Assembly (NCBI RefSeq): GCF_009834535.1
Contig: NC_045696.1
Span: forward strand, 38,566,001 to 38,630,000
From: Camelus ferus
Lineage: Eukaryota
Reading direction: 5' to 3'
Length of the DNA stretch: 64,000 nucleotides
Shown here piece by piece: positions 25,961 to 40,294 of this stretch. The position numbers were made by a program, and so were the translations under genes. A model generated the notes under the pieces. The model saw only the letters and a program-made list of their open reading frames with translations, was not told the origin of the DNA and did no database searches. How positions within the stretch are numbered: position 1 is the first letter of the stretch; each line of letters starts with the position of its first letter.

Positions 25961-27429
25961 AAACCCTATTGAAAAAAATTCTAATCTCTCCTGCTAACAG
26001 GTTCTAATTAGGCAAGGTTAACAATAGGAAAGTAATTATGACCTGTGGGATGAAGCTAAAATATGAGATGTCAGAGAATTCCAACCTGGCATATATAGGC
26101 CTTCCTAAATGGCCTTGTACATCTCCTGCTAAGCTTATTTGGTCTTCAACTTGCCATCCATACATTGCCCTTTTATTATCATTAAACCTGCTACCCTCAA
26201 GCTCTAAAAATGAACAACACACTGCATATGTTCATAACTATTTTACTAGGGACCAAAGAAGTGGCAGAAGTCCATCCTTCTGTTCATGCCAAAGTGCAAT
26301 TTGTCGATGGAAAGATGTTAGTGGATGCAGTGGGAATGGGCTGGCAAAAACTCATTTGGCATACCAAAATAGCTCTTATACAGTGATTTAAATTTTAAAA
26401 ATAGACTGTGGACAACTTTGAACTCAGAGGTGACCTGGATCAGGTTATTCAATGCTTATGAAACAGTGACTAAATCTATACTCAAACAAATCCTAATCCT
26501 GAGCAATATCCATGTGATTTTCAACTAAAAGAGATTCTATGGTTTTTGTTATGCCCTCTTTTCTTTCCAATAGTAGAAAATTATCAGCAATCCCAGGGAG
26601 ATGACTCTTGTTAATGTGGGGGAAGAACTGGTGTCTTAAGTTTTATCATGTTTAAATTTTTGGAAAGAAGTATTTTGAGGGAAGTTATTAATGAAAACAG
26701 ATCTACTAAAGCAATTTCTTTTATTCCTGAAATGACTCATTGTTTTCAGTGACAAATAGAGGCAACTTACTCTGATGAGTTTAAAATTAAAAAATAGAGA
26801 TCTTTAACTTGAAGTAATTGAAGTAGCTATTCTGGGATTAGAAAATAACTTAAAATCATTAGAAGATGATTATGTATGATACAAGCTGTCTTTGTTTTTC
26901 CTGAAAAAAATGTTAACCTGTAAGTAATAGAAGGAAACTTTTCTTGTTCAGAATGTCTACAGGTTCAGGTGTGGAGAGTGGGAAGAGGGGGTGGAAGATG
27001 GAAGTAAATATTAACCATTACAATATAATGTAACTATTATCTCTTATATTGGTTTATCATTGCAATTAAAAATAGATCATCACATTCAAAAGAAATAGTA
27101 ATAAACATGACCTCCAGTATTGACAAAAGGAAACCACATAACCTAATACAAAGATCTAGAATTCTATGCTAGACTTAATCAAGAAAATGATCAGGAGAAG
27201 TTCATTGAACAGATACAGAGTGGGTCAGTTTAATAGCTCTAAATTTTCTAATGCACTACAAGTTTGTACAATAGTGTCTGTCTTGTTCAATTCTTCACAC
27301 ATATACCAGAATCATCATTTCCTCTAAAAAAAACTCTGGGTTTACTGAATGAAGAAATGAATGAATGAAGAAATGAATGAACAAGTAAAAATGTGCAATA
27401 ATAATGTGGATTTTAAGTAAGTGATAAGA

Positions 27430-30400
27430 ACTTCTGCCTCTGTGTAATAGCTGAGTAGCTTCTATTTAACCAGTTTTTCTACAAATAACAACTATAAACC
27501 CTGGATAAAATATTAAACACACACAGACACTATCTGAAGGCTCTGGAGATCTACTAAAACGAGACAGATGTTTGGGAATGTTGACACCTGGAGGAAGAGA
27601 ATTGCACTGGACTAGTTGCCATTTGTACAGTTTTTGCTAGAGATCAGTCCCCAGTGTATGCCCTAATTTGTATCTAAATTAGCAGAGAAAATCCTGTCTT
27701 ACTAGCATGCAGAACTAGAAGACAGAGTTTGGAGTAACCACAACAACCGATAAGTGAGGGGTGAGAAATGCCAGTAAAGAGAGAGCTACAGAAGGGAAGG
27801 CCTAAATTATGTGTATTAACTCTACCCTAATTTCTGGCTGATCCTTGAACTGAATGGATATGGGGCAGATTCTTACAGCCATGCTAAGGCAAAAAGAACT
27901 GTTTTGAGATTTCAAATGATGCACACAAAAAAAGAGAGTTTATAGTTTGAATTCAGCCAGGTTTTCTACTTCAAATAATAATAATAATCAGTATATTCAA
28001 AGGAACAAAACAGAACATGGAGCCTTACAGTGTATCATTCACAATGCCCGAGGTGCAATCCAGAATTATTTGACATACAAAGCAATAGGAAAATATAACT
28101 CAAACTCAAAAAACTTACAATCAATGGAGACATCCTAAAATGACCCAAATTTTGAAATTAACAGAGAAGCATTTTAAAGCTGTTATTACAACCGTGTTCA
28201 AAAAAGTAAAAAGAGCCCAATAGAAAGTATAGGGTGAAAATAAAATACATGAATTTTAAAATTCACTGCATGGGCTTAACAGTAGGTTGGAAATGACAGA
28301 GGAGTCAGTGAACTTGAAAATAGATCAATAGATGTTATTCCAATCTGAAGAACAGGAAAAGAAAGATAAATTTTTAAAAAGACAAGTGCCCTAGGACCCA
28401 TGGGACAAGATCAAAACTATATATAAATCTTAGGAGGAAAGAAGAAAGAAAATGAGACAGAAAATAAGTGAAAAAAATAAAGGCAAAAAATCCCCCAAGT
28501 TAGGCAAAAACCATACATTTACAAATATAAGATGATCTACAAAGCAGAATAAATACAAAGAAAGCCAATCCTTGGCACATTATAATCAAACTATGTTAAA
28601 AAAAAAATCAAAAATCTTAGAACCACAACAGAAAATATGCTGGGCTGTAAAACAAGTGTCAAGACATTTAAGTGGATTAAAATAACATAGCAGATATACT
28701 CTGACTAAAGTGGGATAAAATTAGACATCAATAGCAATAAAATACTAAGATAAAATAATTATATGGAAATTATACAACACACTTTAAATAATCTAAAGAA
28801 GGAATGTTAAGAGGATTGCAAAATATTTGGAAATGAATACAGATATACCTTGGACATATTGCAGGTTTGGTTTCAGACCACCACAATAAAGTGAATACTG
28901 CAATAAAGCAAATCATGTGAATTTTTTTTACTTCTCAGTACATGTAAAAGTTACATTTACACTATAGTATAATCTGTTAAGTGTGCAATAGCATTATGTC
29001 TTTTAAAATGTACATACCTTAAGTAAAAAAATGCTCTATCGCTAAAAAATGTTAACCATCATGTGACCCTTTAGCAAGTCATAATCTTTTTGCTGGTGGA
29101 GGGTCTTGCCTCTACATTGATGGCTGCTAACTCATCAGGGTGATGTCTGCTGAAGGTTGAGGTGGCTGTGGTAATTTCTTAAAATCAGAGAAAAAGTTAA
29201 GTTTACTGCATCAATTGACTTCTTTGCATGAGCAATTTCTCTAGAATATGCAATGCTATTGGATTGCATTTTACCCACAGTAGAACTTCTTTCAGAAGTG
29301 GAGTCAATCCTCTTAAACCCTGCCACTACTTTATCAAGTAAGTTTATGTAATATTCTAAATCCTTTGTTGTCATTCAGCAGTCTTCACAACATCATGATG
29401 AGTGGGTTCCATCTCAAGAAACCACTTTCTGTGCTTATCGGAAAGAAGGAACTCCTCATTCATTAAAGTTTTATCATGAGATAACAGCAATTTGTTCACA
29501 TCTTCAGGCTCCATGTCTAATTCTGTTCTGCTGTTTCCACCACATCTGCAGCTACTTCTTCCACTGAAGTCTTGCACACCTCAATGTCATCCATGAGAGT
29601 TGGAATCAACTTCTTCCAAACTCATACTAATGATATTTTTACCTCTTCCCATGATCAGTAATGCCATCTAGATGGTGAGTCCTGTTAAGAAGGTGTTCAA
29701 TTGACTTTGTCCATATCTATTAGAGGAATCACCATCTGTGGCAGCTACAGCCTTACGAAATGTATTTCTTAAATAATAAAACTTGAAAGTTGAAATTACT
29801 CCTTGATCCGTGGGCTGCAGAATGGATGTTGTGTTAGAAGGCATGAAAACACATTAATCTTGCACATCTCCATCAGAGCTCTTAGGTGACCATGTGCATT
29901 GCCAGTGAGCAGTAATATTTTGAAAGGAATCTTTTTTTTTTTTTTTTCTGAGTAGTAGGTCTCAACAGTGGGTGTAAAATATTCATTAAGCCATGTTATT
30001 AACAGATGTGCTGTCATCCAGGCTTTGTTGTTCCATTTATAGATCACAGGTAGATCAGGTTTAGCATAATGCTTAAGGGCCCCAGGATTTTCAGAAGCCA
30101 CTAGCTGGATTAGCTCCTAGCAAGACAGTCAACCTGTCCTTTGAAGCCAGCCATTGACTTCTCTTTTCTAGCTATGAAAGTCTTAGATGGCATCTTCTTC
30201 CAATATAAGGCTGTCTTGTCTACATTGAAAATCTGTTGTTTGGTGCAACCACTTTCATTAATTATCTTAGCTCAATATTCTGGATAACTTTCTGCAACTT
30301 CTACAACAGCACTTGCTCCTCCACCTTACACTTTGATTTTATAGAGACAGCCCTGCTGGCTTCTGACTTTTCTTCTGCAGCCTCCTTACCTCTCTCAGCC

Positions 30401-31620
30401 TTAATAGAATTGAAGAGAGTTAGGGCCTTACTTTGGCTTAAGGAAATGTTGTGGCTGGTTTGATCTTCTATCCAGACCACTAAAACTTTCTCCATATCAG
30501 CAATAAGTCTGTTTTGCTTTCTTACCATTCATATGTTCATTGGAGTAGCACTTTTAATTTCCTTCAAGAACTTTTCATTCCATTCACAACTTGGCTAACT
30601 GCTTCAGGCAAGAAGCCTAGCTTTCAGCTTATCTCAGATTTTGACATGGCTTGCTTATTAAGGTTAGTCATTTCTAGCTTTTGATTTGAAGTGAGAGACA
30701 TGTGGCCCTTCCTTTCATTTGAACACTTAGAGGACATTGTAGAGGTGTTAAACTGTCCTAGTTTCAATATTGTTGTGTCTCTGGAAATAAGGCATCCCAG
30801 TGAGAGGGATAGAGTTGGGGAAGCAGCCAGTCAGTGGAGCAGTCAGAACACACACAACATTTATTAAGTTTGCTGTATTACATGGGCACAGTTTGTGACA
30901 CCTCAAAACAATTACTGTGGCAACATTGAAGATCACTGATTACAGATCACCATAATTAATACAGTAATAATGAAAAAGTTCAAAACATTGGGGGAATTAC
31001 CAAAATGTGATTCAGAGACACAAAGTGGGTGAATGATATTGGAAAATTGGCACCACTAGACTTGCTCAAAACAAAGTGAACACAAACCTTCAATTTGAAA
31101 AAAAATTCAATATCTGAAAAGCACAATAAAGTGAAATGTAATAAGATGAGATATTCTTGTGATTAGAACGCATCAAACCAAAATTTGTGAGATACAACTA
31201 AATGGCTTAGAGGGAAATGTGGAGTTTTTAATTGGTTATAGTATAAAAGAAGAAATGTCTAAATCAATAACTTCAAGTTAAAAGAGCTAGAAAAAAAGAT
31301 GATCAAAATAAAACCAATACAAGTACAAAGGAGGAACAATAAAGATAAGAGCAGAAATCAATGAAATAGAAAATAGACAAGCAGTACAGAATAGTCACAA
31401 AACCAAAACGGTTCTTTGAAAATGTCAACAAAGTTGATACACAACTCACAAGACAGTAAGAGAGCAAGACGAAAGGGAACACAGATTACCAATATCATGA
31501 ACGAAAGAGCTATCATCACTACTGACTACATAAGCATTAAAAGATAACAAGGGAATATTATGATCAACTTTATGCCAAGTACATTCAACAGCTTAGCTGA
31601 AATGGAGCAATATATGAAAA
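27430..31620 (+). mobile_element. Old L1 (5'UTR, ORF1 remnant, partial ORF2) split by Tigger1
   Basis: ORF1-like DNA at 28130-28620 (aattcactgcatgggcttaacagtagg...gtcagtgaacttgaaaatagatcaatag). EN C-terminal DNA at 28635-28839. ORF2 resumes after Tigger1 (caaaatttgtgagatacaactaaatggcttagagggaaat...agagcagaaatcaatgaaatagaaaatag). Confidence 0.8.
28840..31159 (-). mobile_element. Tigger1 (pogo/Tc-mariner) DNA transposon, near full length (~2.3 kb), transposase decayed
   Basis: Both ends recognisable: ta|cagatataccttggacatattgcaggtttggtttcagaccacc and aataagatgagatattcttg. Minus-strand peptides [34 protein letters not shown] (CENP-B-type HTH) and [11 protein letters not shown]...[10 protein letters not shown]...[12 protein letters not shown] (DDE domain), broken by stops and frameshifts. 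Confidence 0.93.
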
Positions 31621-32151
31621 ATTAGCCAGTTAACAGGGGACTGGAGATGCAAATATCAAAGAATGAGGACAAAATAGGTGAGCAAATGACGAGGTACAGG
31701 AAACACAGAAAAGAGAAAAAAAAAAATCTCACCAGCCAAAGTGAGAACATGAGAAAAAACTAAAGTATTATTAGCTGTTTTCTGTATTGAGGGAGAATTA
31801 ATTTTTAATTCTTGCTGATGGAATCTACAGGTATAAACAGAAAAGAGAAAGTTGCCTTGAGGAAAACTCTCTTAGAAAGGAGAGGGTCCCTTTCATGCCC
31901 AAGAGTGTGACTGTCCTTTAGTGAAATAGGAATTTTGATTATGTGACTCAGATCTGATTTCACTGAAACGTCATTGTCTTAAAGATGAAAAACTATCAGA
32001 AATAAAGCTTTCTCAAATAAAAGCCAGAAAATATGTGTATATTTTTACTACCAAGGAGCTATGCAAATAGTACTTCACTACTTATAATGACCAGTTCTAC
32101 AAATTTCTGCATTTCTTTTTGTATGTATGATCTATTACTTTCCATAATTTT

Positions 32152-32682
32152 TTGTTAGTTTTCTAGGCTGTGTAACAAATTAACACAAACTTAGCTTAAA
32201 ATAATATCTGCTTATTTTCTCAGCATTTCTGTGCATCAGGAGTCCAGGTACAGCTTAGTTGGATCCTCTGCTTAGTGTCTCACAAGATTGAAGTCAAGGT
32301 GTTGGCTGGGCTGAGTTCCTTTTCAGAGCTCACAGATTTCTCCCAAACTCACATAGTTGGCAGAGTTCAGTTCTGTGTGGTTGTAGGACTAAGACGCTAA
32401 CTTCTGTGAGGGCTGGTTTCCTTTCCTAGAGGCCCTGAAATTCCTCCCATAGGCTCTCTCACATCATGGCAACTCACTTCTTCAAGATTAGCAGAAGGCT
32501 TTCCTGCTCCACTCAACCAAGAAGGAGTCTTAATAACCCAGTGTGATCACAAGAGTGACATCCCATCACATTTCCCATACTCTGTTGACTAGAGGCGAGT
32601 CACAGGTTCTGCGCACAGTTGAGGGAAGGGGGATTATAGAAGGCTGTGAATCACTGGGGCCATTGTAGAATTCAGCCTACCA
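32152..32682 (-). mobile_element. MaLR solo LTR (MLT1E/F-like)
   Basis: tgtaacaaattaacacaaacttagc...caggagtccaggtacagcttagttggatcctctgc...agagtgacatcccatcac...gaattcagcctacca. Confidence 0.82.
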
Positions 32683-35600
32683 GTTCTCAAAAATGTTATC
32701 ATAATATTTGAATAGTAAAGCTTTCTGTTCACTTTTAAGAGTGAAATATACAGTTATATTTGTCTGAGATGATTTTAGATGATTTTCTAGACCTCAATAG
32801 TCCATGTTCAAAGTACTAAAGCTAGTTGTGTAAAATTTCCTTTATTGAATTGTTGTCTTATATTAGACTCACCTTTGAATTTTATAGGTAAGTGGGAAAA
32901 TTTTTTGAATAGAAAAAGATTTTCTAAAATATAGGAGCTTTACAAATTTATATGAAATCTTTAATCAACTTTATACACATACCACTATAAAATATTAGTA
33001 ATTTTTAATGTCTTTTTATAGATTTGGGGAAGACTGATTTTTGAACATTAATTTTTAATTTTTTTCAAATATGGTCAATGAAGTTGATGAGGCATTTTGC
33101 AACATTTAGAAATCATTTTCTTGTATGTCTGTGTAAGTATATGTGGTTAGACGAAGGGATGAGGTCATATGTCTGTTTCACAGTATGAATCTAAGATTAT
33201 GGCATAATGAATTTTGTGCTGCATTATTTAACTCAAACTGCATTTGGTTAGTGTAACTTGAGAAAATAAAATTTATCTAAAAGATAATATATGTAACTCT
33301 AAATGAGATCAGAGGAATCAGCTACATAGGGCATTATCTCAGATAGTATAATTTATAGTGTAAGGAAAAAAGTAATTAAGTAAGCAAACAGTACCATTTA
33401 ATTTACTTGTCAACCTCTACCATCTCACCTTATGCATGCTCAGACTGCTTAGCTAGTAGCCCTACTGAAATGCTTCTGTGTATGCTTATGTTGGCCCTAT
33501 TAGCTCAGCAAAGCTCACTAAGGAAGGTGTCTCTGTAGGAGACATTACTCAGCTCCCTTCCGTCAATAAGATGTGCCCTTTTGAATTGTTTTCCCAAAGA
33601 TATAATTGTGATGTGCCGTGCTGAGTCTTTCATCCAATGGGGGATTGCTTTGTTGTTAATACATCTAGTGGGAACCTCATTGTTTTTCTGCGAACAGCAC
33701 AGAAATTTTATAGGTATGCATCATTTTTGGCACAAACTAAGCAGCCTGCCTCCTTAATGTGCACACCTAGAGTTTTTGTAACTATCAGTAAGAAACTGTG
33801 TTAAATAAATGGCTTTGTTTTTTCACCTGCTGGGCTCTAATAGCATCCCCAAAATAATCTCGGTCTAACAGCTTGAGTCTTTTGCAAAAGTGATCAAGTG
33901 ATCAATTCTTTTTAACACTAAGGGGTAAGCTTCAGCGTTGTGCAGAATGCCAGGTGCAGGAGCAGTTGTCGTGAATAGCAGCATAAATTTAATATGAGTC
34001 ATGCAATTTAACATGGGTACCTACTAACAGATTTTTTTTTAACTCATGACACCATATCTGAAAGAAATGAGGCAGTGAGCCTAAAGGAAATCAGGCAATT
34101 AATCTAAAAATGTTTTTATTCATTCAGAAAATATTTGTTAAACATCTAAGATCTGACAAGTTGTGCTAGGCACTGAATATAAAGCAAGAAACAAGGTTGA
34201 CATGGTCATTACTTGGATTGAAAGTACATTTGGGAAAGGAGAGAGTTAAATACACACAAAAATCATCATTTAAGTACAATTTGATAGGAACTGTGATAAA
34301 ATAGAGTATTTCAATGTACAGCGAGAGCAAATAAGTTGAAGATTTAGATGTGTCTCATTTTCACAGAAATTAACGGTCCTAAATAACTCCCAGTTGGGTT
34401 TGATAAATATTGATGTATATAATTTTGTTATTCAATACTGTCAATCAACATATTTATTTTTGAGCATGTCCACGTGTGTTTTTAAAAGAATTCATTTAAA
34501 CCACATATCTATGGAAGAAATGACAATGCATTATAGCTCAAAAGTTTTTGTTATAGAAAAGCCCTTCGCATTTAACATTTATAATTAAAACTCAGAAGAT
34601 GAGAAAGCTAAAGGTTTTATGACACTTAATTATCATTTCACATGTATTATTTATTTATACATTTTTAGGCCAAATAGTAGTTTAAAAACACGATTTGTAT
34701 CTTACATTTATGGCTAATTAAAGAAGATGTTATTTCTACCATTTCTGATTGTTTCTTTAATTTTGTAATCTTATTATGTTGTGTTAATTTTATTTAAAGG
34801 AGTTGTAGCTGGGCATTTTAAAAATATGAATGTACCTTGTTTCATGCTATTTTATGAAAAATATAGCAAAAAGAACCCTATGGGTTAATTGAATCCACAG
34901 TCAAGCATTCACACGTTAATTAACTTGAAAGAAAATCTATTGAAGTTTGCAAACCACTGAGTCAAGGTTTCAATTTCATTTTTATTTTAATCAGATCATC
35001 CAATCTATGAAGGTACTTATGGTCCTACTTAGTAAAGTAGGATATGTGGAAGTTCATTAAGATGGCTGTAATGCCTCTGAAAAAGGAGCAAAACCTATGT
35101 TTGAAATGGAAGTAATTTAATTACTTATTTATGGAATTCAATAAGAATTCACTGTGGTTATACTTTGTAGATTTTTTTCATGTGTGTGAGTGTAGTTTAT
35201 TTAGTATAGGAAGTAATTTGGAGATGTTGATCCTAAGGTTAAAAATTCTCTGTACGCAATAGCAGGTCTTAAACTGGCGGCAGGTACTTCAGTAGGAGAT
35301 ATCAAAAGCCATAAACACCCCATATTGCCCCTGAAATATATATTAGAAAAGTCACAGGTGCTGCAAAGACTAAAATAATCATCTAAGTTGTATATATATA
35401 ACCAAAACTTGTTTAGTATTTATTTAGAACTGCTACAATATGATACTGAGTTTATTTAGAGGCATTTTAAAGAGTTTTCAAGGTATTTCTTTATTTGGAA
35501 TAAAGACATGCCAAAGCAATAGGTGGGCCTCGGGCTCAATAGTGTTCTATTTCACTTCTTCGAAACACTGCCTAGCAGTCATTATTTTAAATATTACGAT

Positions 35601-36829
35601 AGAAAGAATTATGGAGACATTTTAATAGGTCGTATTTTTCACACCTCCATTTCTAGTAGTGGACACTAGCTCCGTACATTATTCCTATGGTTTTCCTGTA
35701 AAGAATCCATGGCTGCATTTAAATAAAAGGTTGTTTGGGAGTTGTTTGGTTTTGGTTGTGGTTGTGATTGGGGGAGGGGGGAGTTGATGTGTTCTGTTTT
35801 AATCATCCTTAGGTGAGGAATTTTATTTTGTTTTGATTTTCTACAACATTTTGTAAAATAAAAAAGAATTTTTTTATTCTCCTGTGGGGAGTAAGACTCA
35901 TGCACTCAGTGGCATAAAACTCTCAGTTGCTACAGTATGGATTCAACACTTAACTGTTGTACCATCAACATTTCTCTCTCACAATGATTGTAGTAAGATA
36001 CTGAAATTTCAGCAGGCTCACTCTATAACAGTCTGAGAAAGTTCAGTATGGGATTGTTGTATTGGCTTGTATTGAAAGACCACGTTGATTTAAAGCCTTT
36101 CTAACTATAGAAAAACTCCACATTGTGATTTATTGATCCTCTGCATTTCCATCTAAACCCAGATATTTCCGTTTTTCTTGGTTTTTTAGTATTCTAGGCA
36201 ATTTACTCTCTTGAATATTAATGAAGGCAATATGTTAGTTATAGCACTTTTATTAATTAATTAATTCAACAAATATTTATTCAGCACCTACTGTGTACCA
36301 GGCAGCACTCATGATGCTGTCATCAGTGCACTCAGTAAATCCAGTTGTCAACAGTTTTCCAGTGATTTAAAGTGGTAGATCCCTCTTCTAAAATTAAGCA
36401 TTAGATTGAATCATTTAGATAACTAATAGAGAAGGCACTGTGTTCATACGTATGGAAATGCTATTTCTGAATAAGTTTATTATTAATAGAGTAATCTTAG
36501 ACTGGAACTGATAGCACACCAGCACTGTGTGTTTTTCACTATCCTATGAAAACAAAGAGTGGGGATAAGCAATAACCAGACATGATAAATGAGCAAAATC
36601 AACAAGAAGTGTATATTTAGAGAAACTAAACTAAATAATAGACTGTGATTATGTAATTATGTAGAATGAAAAAAATATTTTATTGTAATTCAGAAAACTT
36701 GGACCATGTGCTACCCCTCGCCGTTGTTTGGAAACTGTGGCCTTGAATCCCATGAGTTTGTTGAACTTCACTTCTGTTTCTGTGAAATGAGTATAATAAG
36801 TGCTGGCCATCACTCTGGACTTAACCACA

Positions 36830-37025
36830 TGCTAGGAACTAGAGCTTTAAAGATGCTGATTCGTTGAGTCCTCATAACATCCCAGGAGGAAATAGTATTA
36901 CTATTCCCTTTGATGAAGAATGATGGTACATAAATTAGAAATGTCATCAAAGTTATGCAGTTCATGAGTGGGGACTGAGATTTGAACCCAGGATGTCTTA
37001 CTTCAAAACCCATGGCTCTTAACCT
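36830..37025 (-). mobile_element. MIR SINE
   Basis: tcctcataacatccc...gactgagatttgaacccaggatgtcttacttcaaaacccatggctcttaacc. Confidence 0.75.
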
Positions 37026-37224
37026 GTGAGTGCTTTTACAAGGCCACACATGAAATAACAAAAAATGAAAAGAGCTTTGTTATCTATTGTGTTACAAACA
37101 ATGAAACCTATAGTAATATTATTATTAAAGTGTGATTGATTAACACATTTTCTGTTTATTTTGTGAATTCATCTTTAAATAGAGAGTAAGTTAACCTCCC
37201 AAATCAGCTAAAACCAGGTCACGT

Positions 37225-37601
37225 GCTCAGCCTTGACCTACTAAGACACTACATGGGACAGCAGTGAGGATAGTGAGGTCCCAGCATTTATTTTCCTGGC
37301 TCCCTTCCTGCGAGGTTATTTCTGGCTGGTTGTGTCCCTGGATAGCTGATGACTGCTCCTTTCCAGGCAGCTTCTCTTTTGGACTTTCCTTTGGTTTTCT
37401 GGTTAACTGCTGAATCCATTCCATTAGACCCAAAGACAGTAACAATTGTGCTTTTGTTTGTTTGTTTCTAGCTCTGCTTTATCCCCTTAGTTCTCCTACA
37501 CCCTGCTTACACCTTTGTAAGAAGTCCCTTTTATAAACTCTTCCAAAATTATCCCAATTTGAGTATACCATCCAGTTCCTGTTGGTAACCTGACTGGTAC
37601 A
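37225..37601 (+). mobile_element. ERVL LTR (LTR16/LTR33-like) partial
   Basis: 3' end acacctttgtaagaagtccc...aatttgagtataccatccagttcctgttggtaacctgactggtaca resembles ERVL LTR termini. Confidence 0.6.
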
Positions 37602-38567
37602 GTATTCTTGCTATTAGGAGGCATTTTAGGGGGGTTCAGATAACACTGGCAAGCTAATACAACTACTAACTAAAACATCTGTATTAAAAAAGAACAATAA
37701 AAATATTCCAGTGAAGAGTCTGTCTCCACTTTAGATATAATCTCTTAAAATAAAATGTGTATGCATTTAAAATATGCAAGACCAAAAACAAAAAGCAATG
37801 TAGCATGCCCCATAACCAGAGTCTGACTGTGATTATTTTCCAGCTTACTTTCTTATATAACATAGCATTACTTTCACACTTCTTAAATAATTCATATATT
37901 CTCTTGCAAGTTCAATGTGCAGACTTCAAAGCTCAACATTTACATGTTCTTTGTTTGACATTACCATATGTTGGTAAACACTGAACTCATCTGGAATATT
38001 TTAAGCCTTCTCCTAATAATATTGGAAAAAGTCAAATGCCAGAAGCTACGTATTTTTCTGGGATAAATGTCAGTTAATCACAACCTGAAGACACATTTTA
38101 ATTTCTGTCTATTGTCTTTATATATTTTATCCTTTGCAAAAGGAAAACATACTAGTATACGTTGACAGATTAAAATGAGAGACTATCATATCTGCTTCTA
38201 CTAAAATATAGTATGTGGATAGTTTTGAAGCGTTTAAATAAAAATACTTCAACATGTATAAATATACTGAATTTGAAAATATAAATGCCTATGCAAAGAT
38301 AAGTAGCATTTTTATTTTCATGAACAATATTGCATAGCTAATGGATTTTCTTTTTTACCCTATAAAATATATATTCTAGTGAAACTAATATTTGCTACAC
38401 CTTTATTTGAAGAATTCAGTCTGTTCCAGTGGTGGTATGTTTTCAGAATGAATGAATTAATGAAATGAAATATAAAAGAAATTTAAAAAAATTTTTTTTT
38501 CCAAATCCCAACTTCATTTGTCTGTTAACCTCTTTAAATATCTCTAGAGAGGCATACAAGTAAGAAT

Positions 38568-39385
38568 GCATTCACTCATTCTTTGAACATCCATGTATTA
38601 GGTACTTATTATATGCCAGGCACAACCCAAGTGCTAGGGATAATAATCACTGTATGCAGGTGGGGGAAACATATAATAAACAAGTAAGTAAGTGAATACA
38701 TATTTACTCCTTGTGATTAGTACTGTAAAGGAAATAACCTCCTTGCTATGAAAGATAGGTTGACCTATTTTGGATACAGAAGTCAAAAAAAGTCTCTTTA
38801 AAGAACTGATACTTAAACTGATATCTGAAGGATGAAAGTAAGCCAGCTTGTGAACAGTATTCCAGAAACAAGAAAAAGTCTACAGCTCTGAGCTGAAAGA
38901 AGAGTTTTCCATGTCTTGACAGAGGATGTTTGTAGATGAGCTATAGTGAGTGAGGGAGGAAAGTTCCATGATAGAATGATGGAATTTTGGGTTCCTAGGA
39001 TCCTGAGCACGCAGGTGAGAAGTTTGTATTATTTTTAAGTTATTTTTGGAAGACATTGAAGACATTACCTGAATCACCTCTTTAAAAGATGTGTCAGGCT
39101 GCAGCGTGGGGAAGGGTTTGGAAAAGGTCAAGTGTGAAAGGAAGTAAATCAAAAGATTTTCATTAGTTCAGTCAAGAAATAAAGATGGTGTGGACTTGTG
39201 TGATGCCAGTAGAGATGGAAAGAAGTGAATAAAGTCAAGATGTATTTGAAAGTAGAGCTGGCAGGACTTGCTGACAATTGTTTGGTGGATACAAAGGATC
39301 AAGGGGAAAAGTGGAGTCATGGTTGACTTTCAAGTTCTGTCTTTAGCAACTGGGTAAATGGTGGTTCCAGTTATTAATGACCAAA
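38568..39385 (-). mobile_element. L2 LINE 3' portion
   Basis: Reverse L2 terminus cattcactcattc...tattatatgccaggcac...gtgctaggga, and internal gtagagctggcaggacttgctgac...ttagcaactgggtaaatggtggttcca. Confidence 0.85.
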
Positions 39386-39989
39386 CTGGCTTAGGTGACT
39401 GGCATCAATCAGCTTTTTGCTTTAAGTCCAGTGTGATTTTCATCTTGACTTCTACTCCTTACTCCTTGGACTTCTTGTTTCATGTTATGAGTTCTACTGA
39501 TTGACACAGTAATACGTTTTATGGCTGTAATTTACTTTCTCTGTCATTAAAATATTTATATACAAATAATCATGTGACCTTCCTATATTTTGCTGATTAT
39601 AAATAATACCTAGAGTTATAGCCCTAGTTATTTACCATATTTACGTTATGATACTTTTATTTTCAATGCTAATATATAACAACAATCTACTAGGTGAAAA
39701 AAAAAATCACATTTTTCAATCTTCTGTTCTTTCCATGAGGATGGTAGCTTTATGAAAGCAGGAACGGTGTATAACATTTTAGTCCCCACAGTGCCTAACA
39801 ATGAGAAACAAGTAATTGTTGATTTGGAATTGACAGCAAAGCATTAGACAGTCCTTCCACCCTCCCCACCCTCACCTCCACACAACCCCCCATTTTCAGC
39901 CATATGGCATTTTAGCTCCTATAGCAGCAAACAGCCAAACTGAGTTTGGAGCTTATATGACCTTTTGCCTAATTCCTTACAGTATGGTG

Positions 39990-40215
39990 AATGGACATTT
40001 TCTAGCACTTACTCTGTGTTAAGCATTGTGCTTTGTGTATTAAAAACGTTATCTGATTTACATCTTTGAAGCAATATTGTTAGGCTACAATTAGAATCAC
40101 CATTTTTCAGAGGAGAATCTGAAGTTCAGAGAGTTTGAATAAGTTGTGTAACGCATGTAGCTAATGAGAAATGGAGCTGAGATGTAAGCAAGCATGTCTG
40201 GAACTGGAGTGTAAG
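39990..40215 (-). mobile_element. MIR SINE
   Basis: agcacttactctgtgttaagcattgtgc...catttttcagaggagaatctgaagttcagagag. Confidence 0.7.
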
Positions 40216-40254
40216 GCATCATCTGATTTATTTCCTCTGCTGGATGCTAAAGCA

Positions 40255-40258
<4 letters not shown>

Positions 40259-40294
<36 letters not shown>

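Noticed and set aside
26038..26391. 117-aa ATG-initiated ORF
   Set aside because: No recognisable domain, and it partly resembles decayed L2. The length is within chance expectation for 64 kb.
29135..30528. Possible TIGD1-like domesticated transposase gene
   Set aside because: The reading frame is broken into several pieces by stops, frameshifts and deletions, and it lies within TIR-bounded Tigger1.
36690..37025. Tail-to-tail MIR pair as a possible hairpin or miRNA source
   Set aside because: The two copies are too diverged for a stem I can support by eye.
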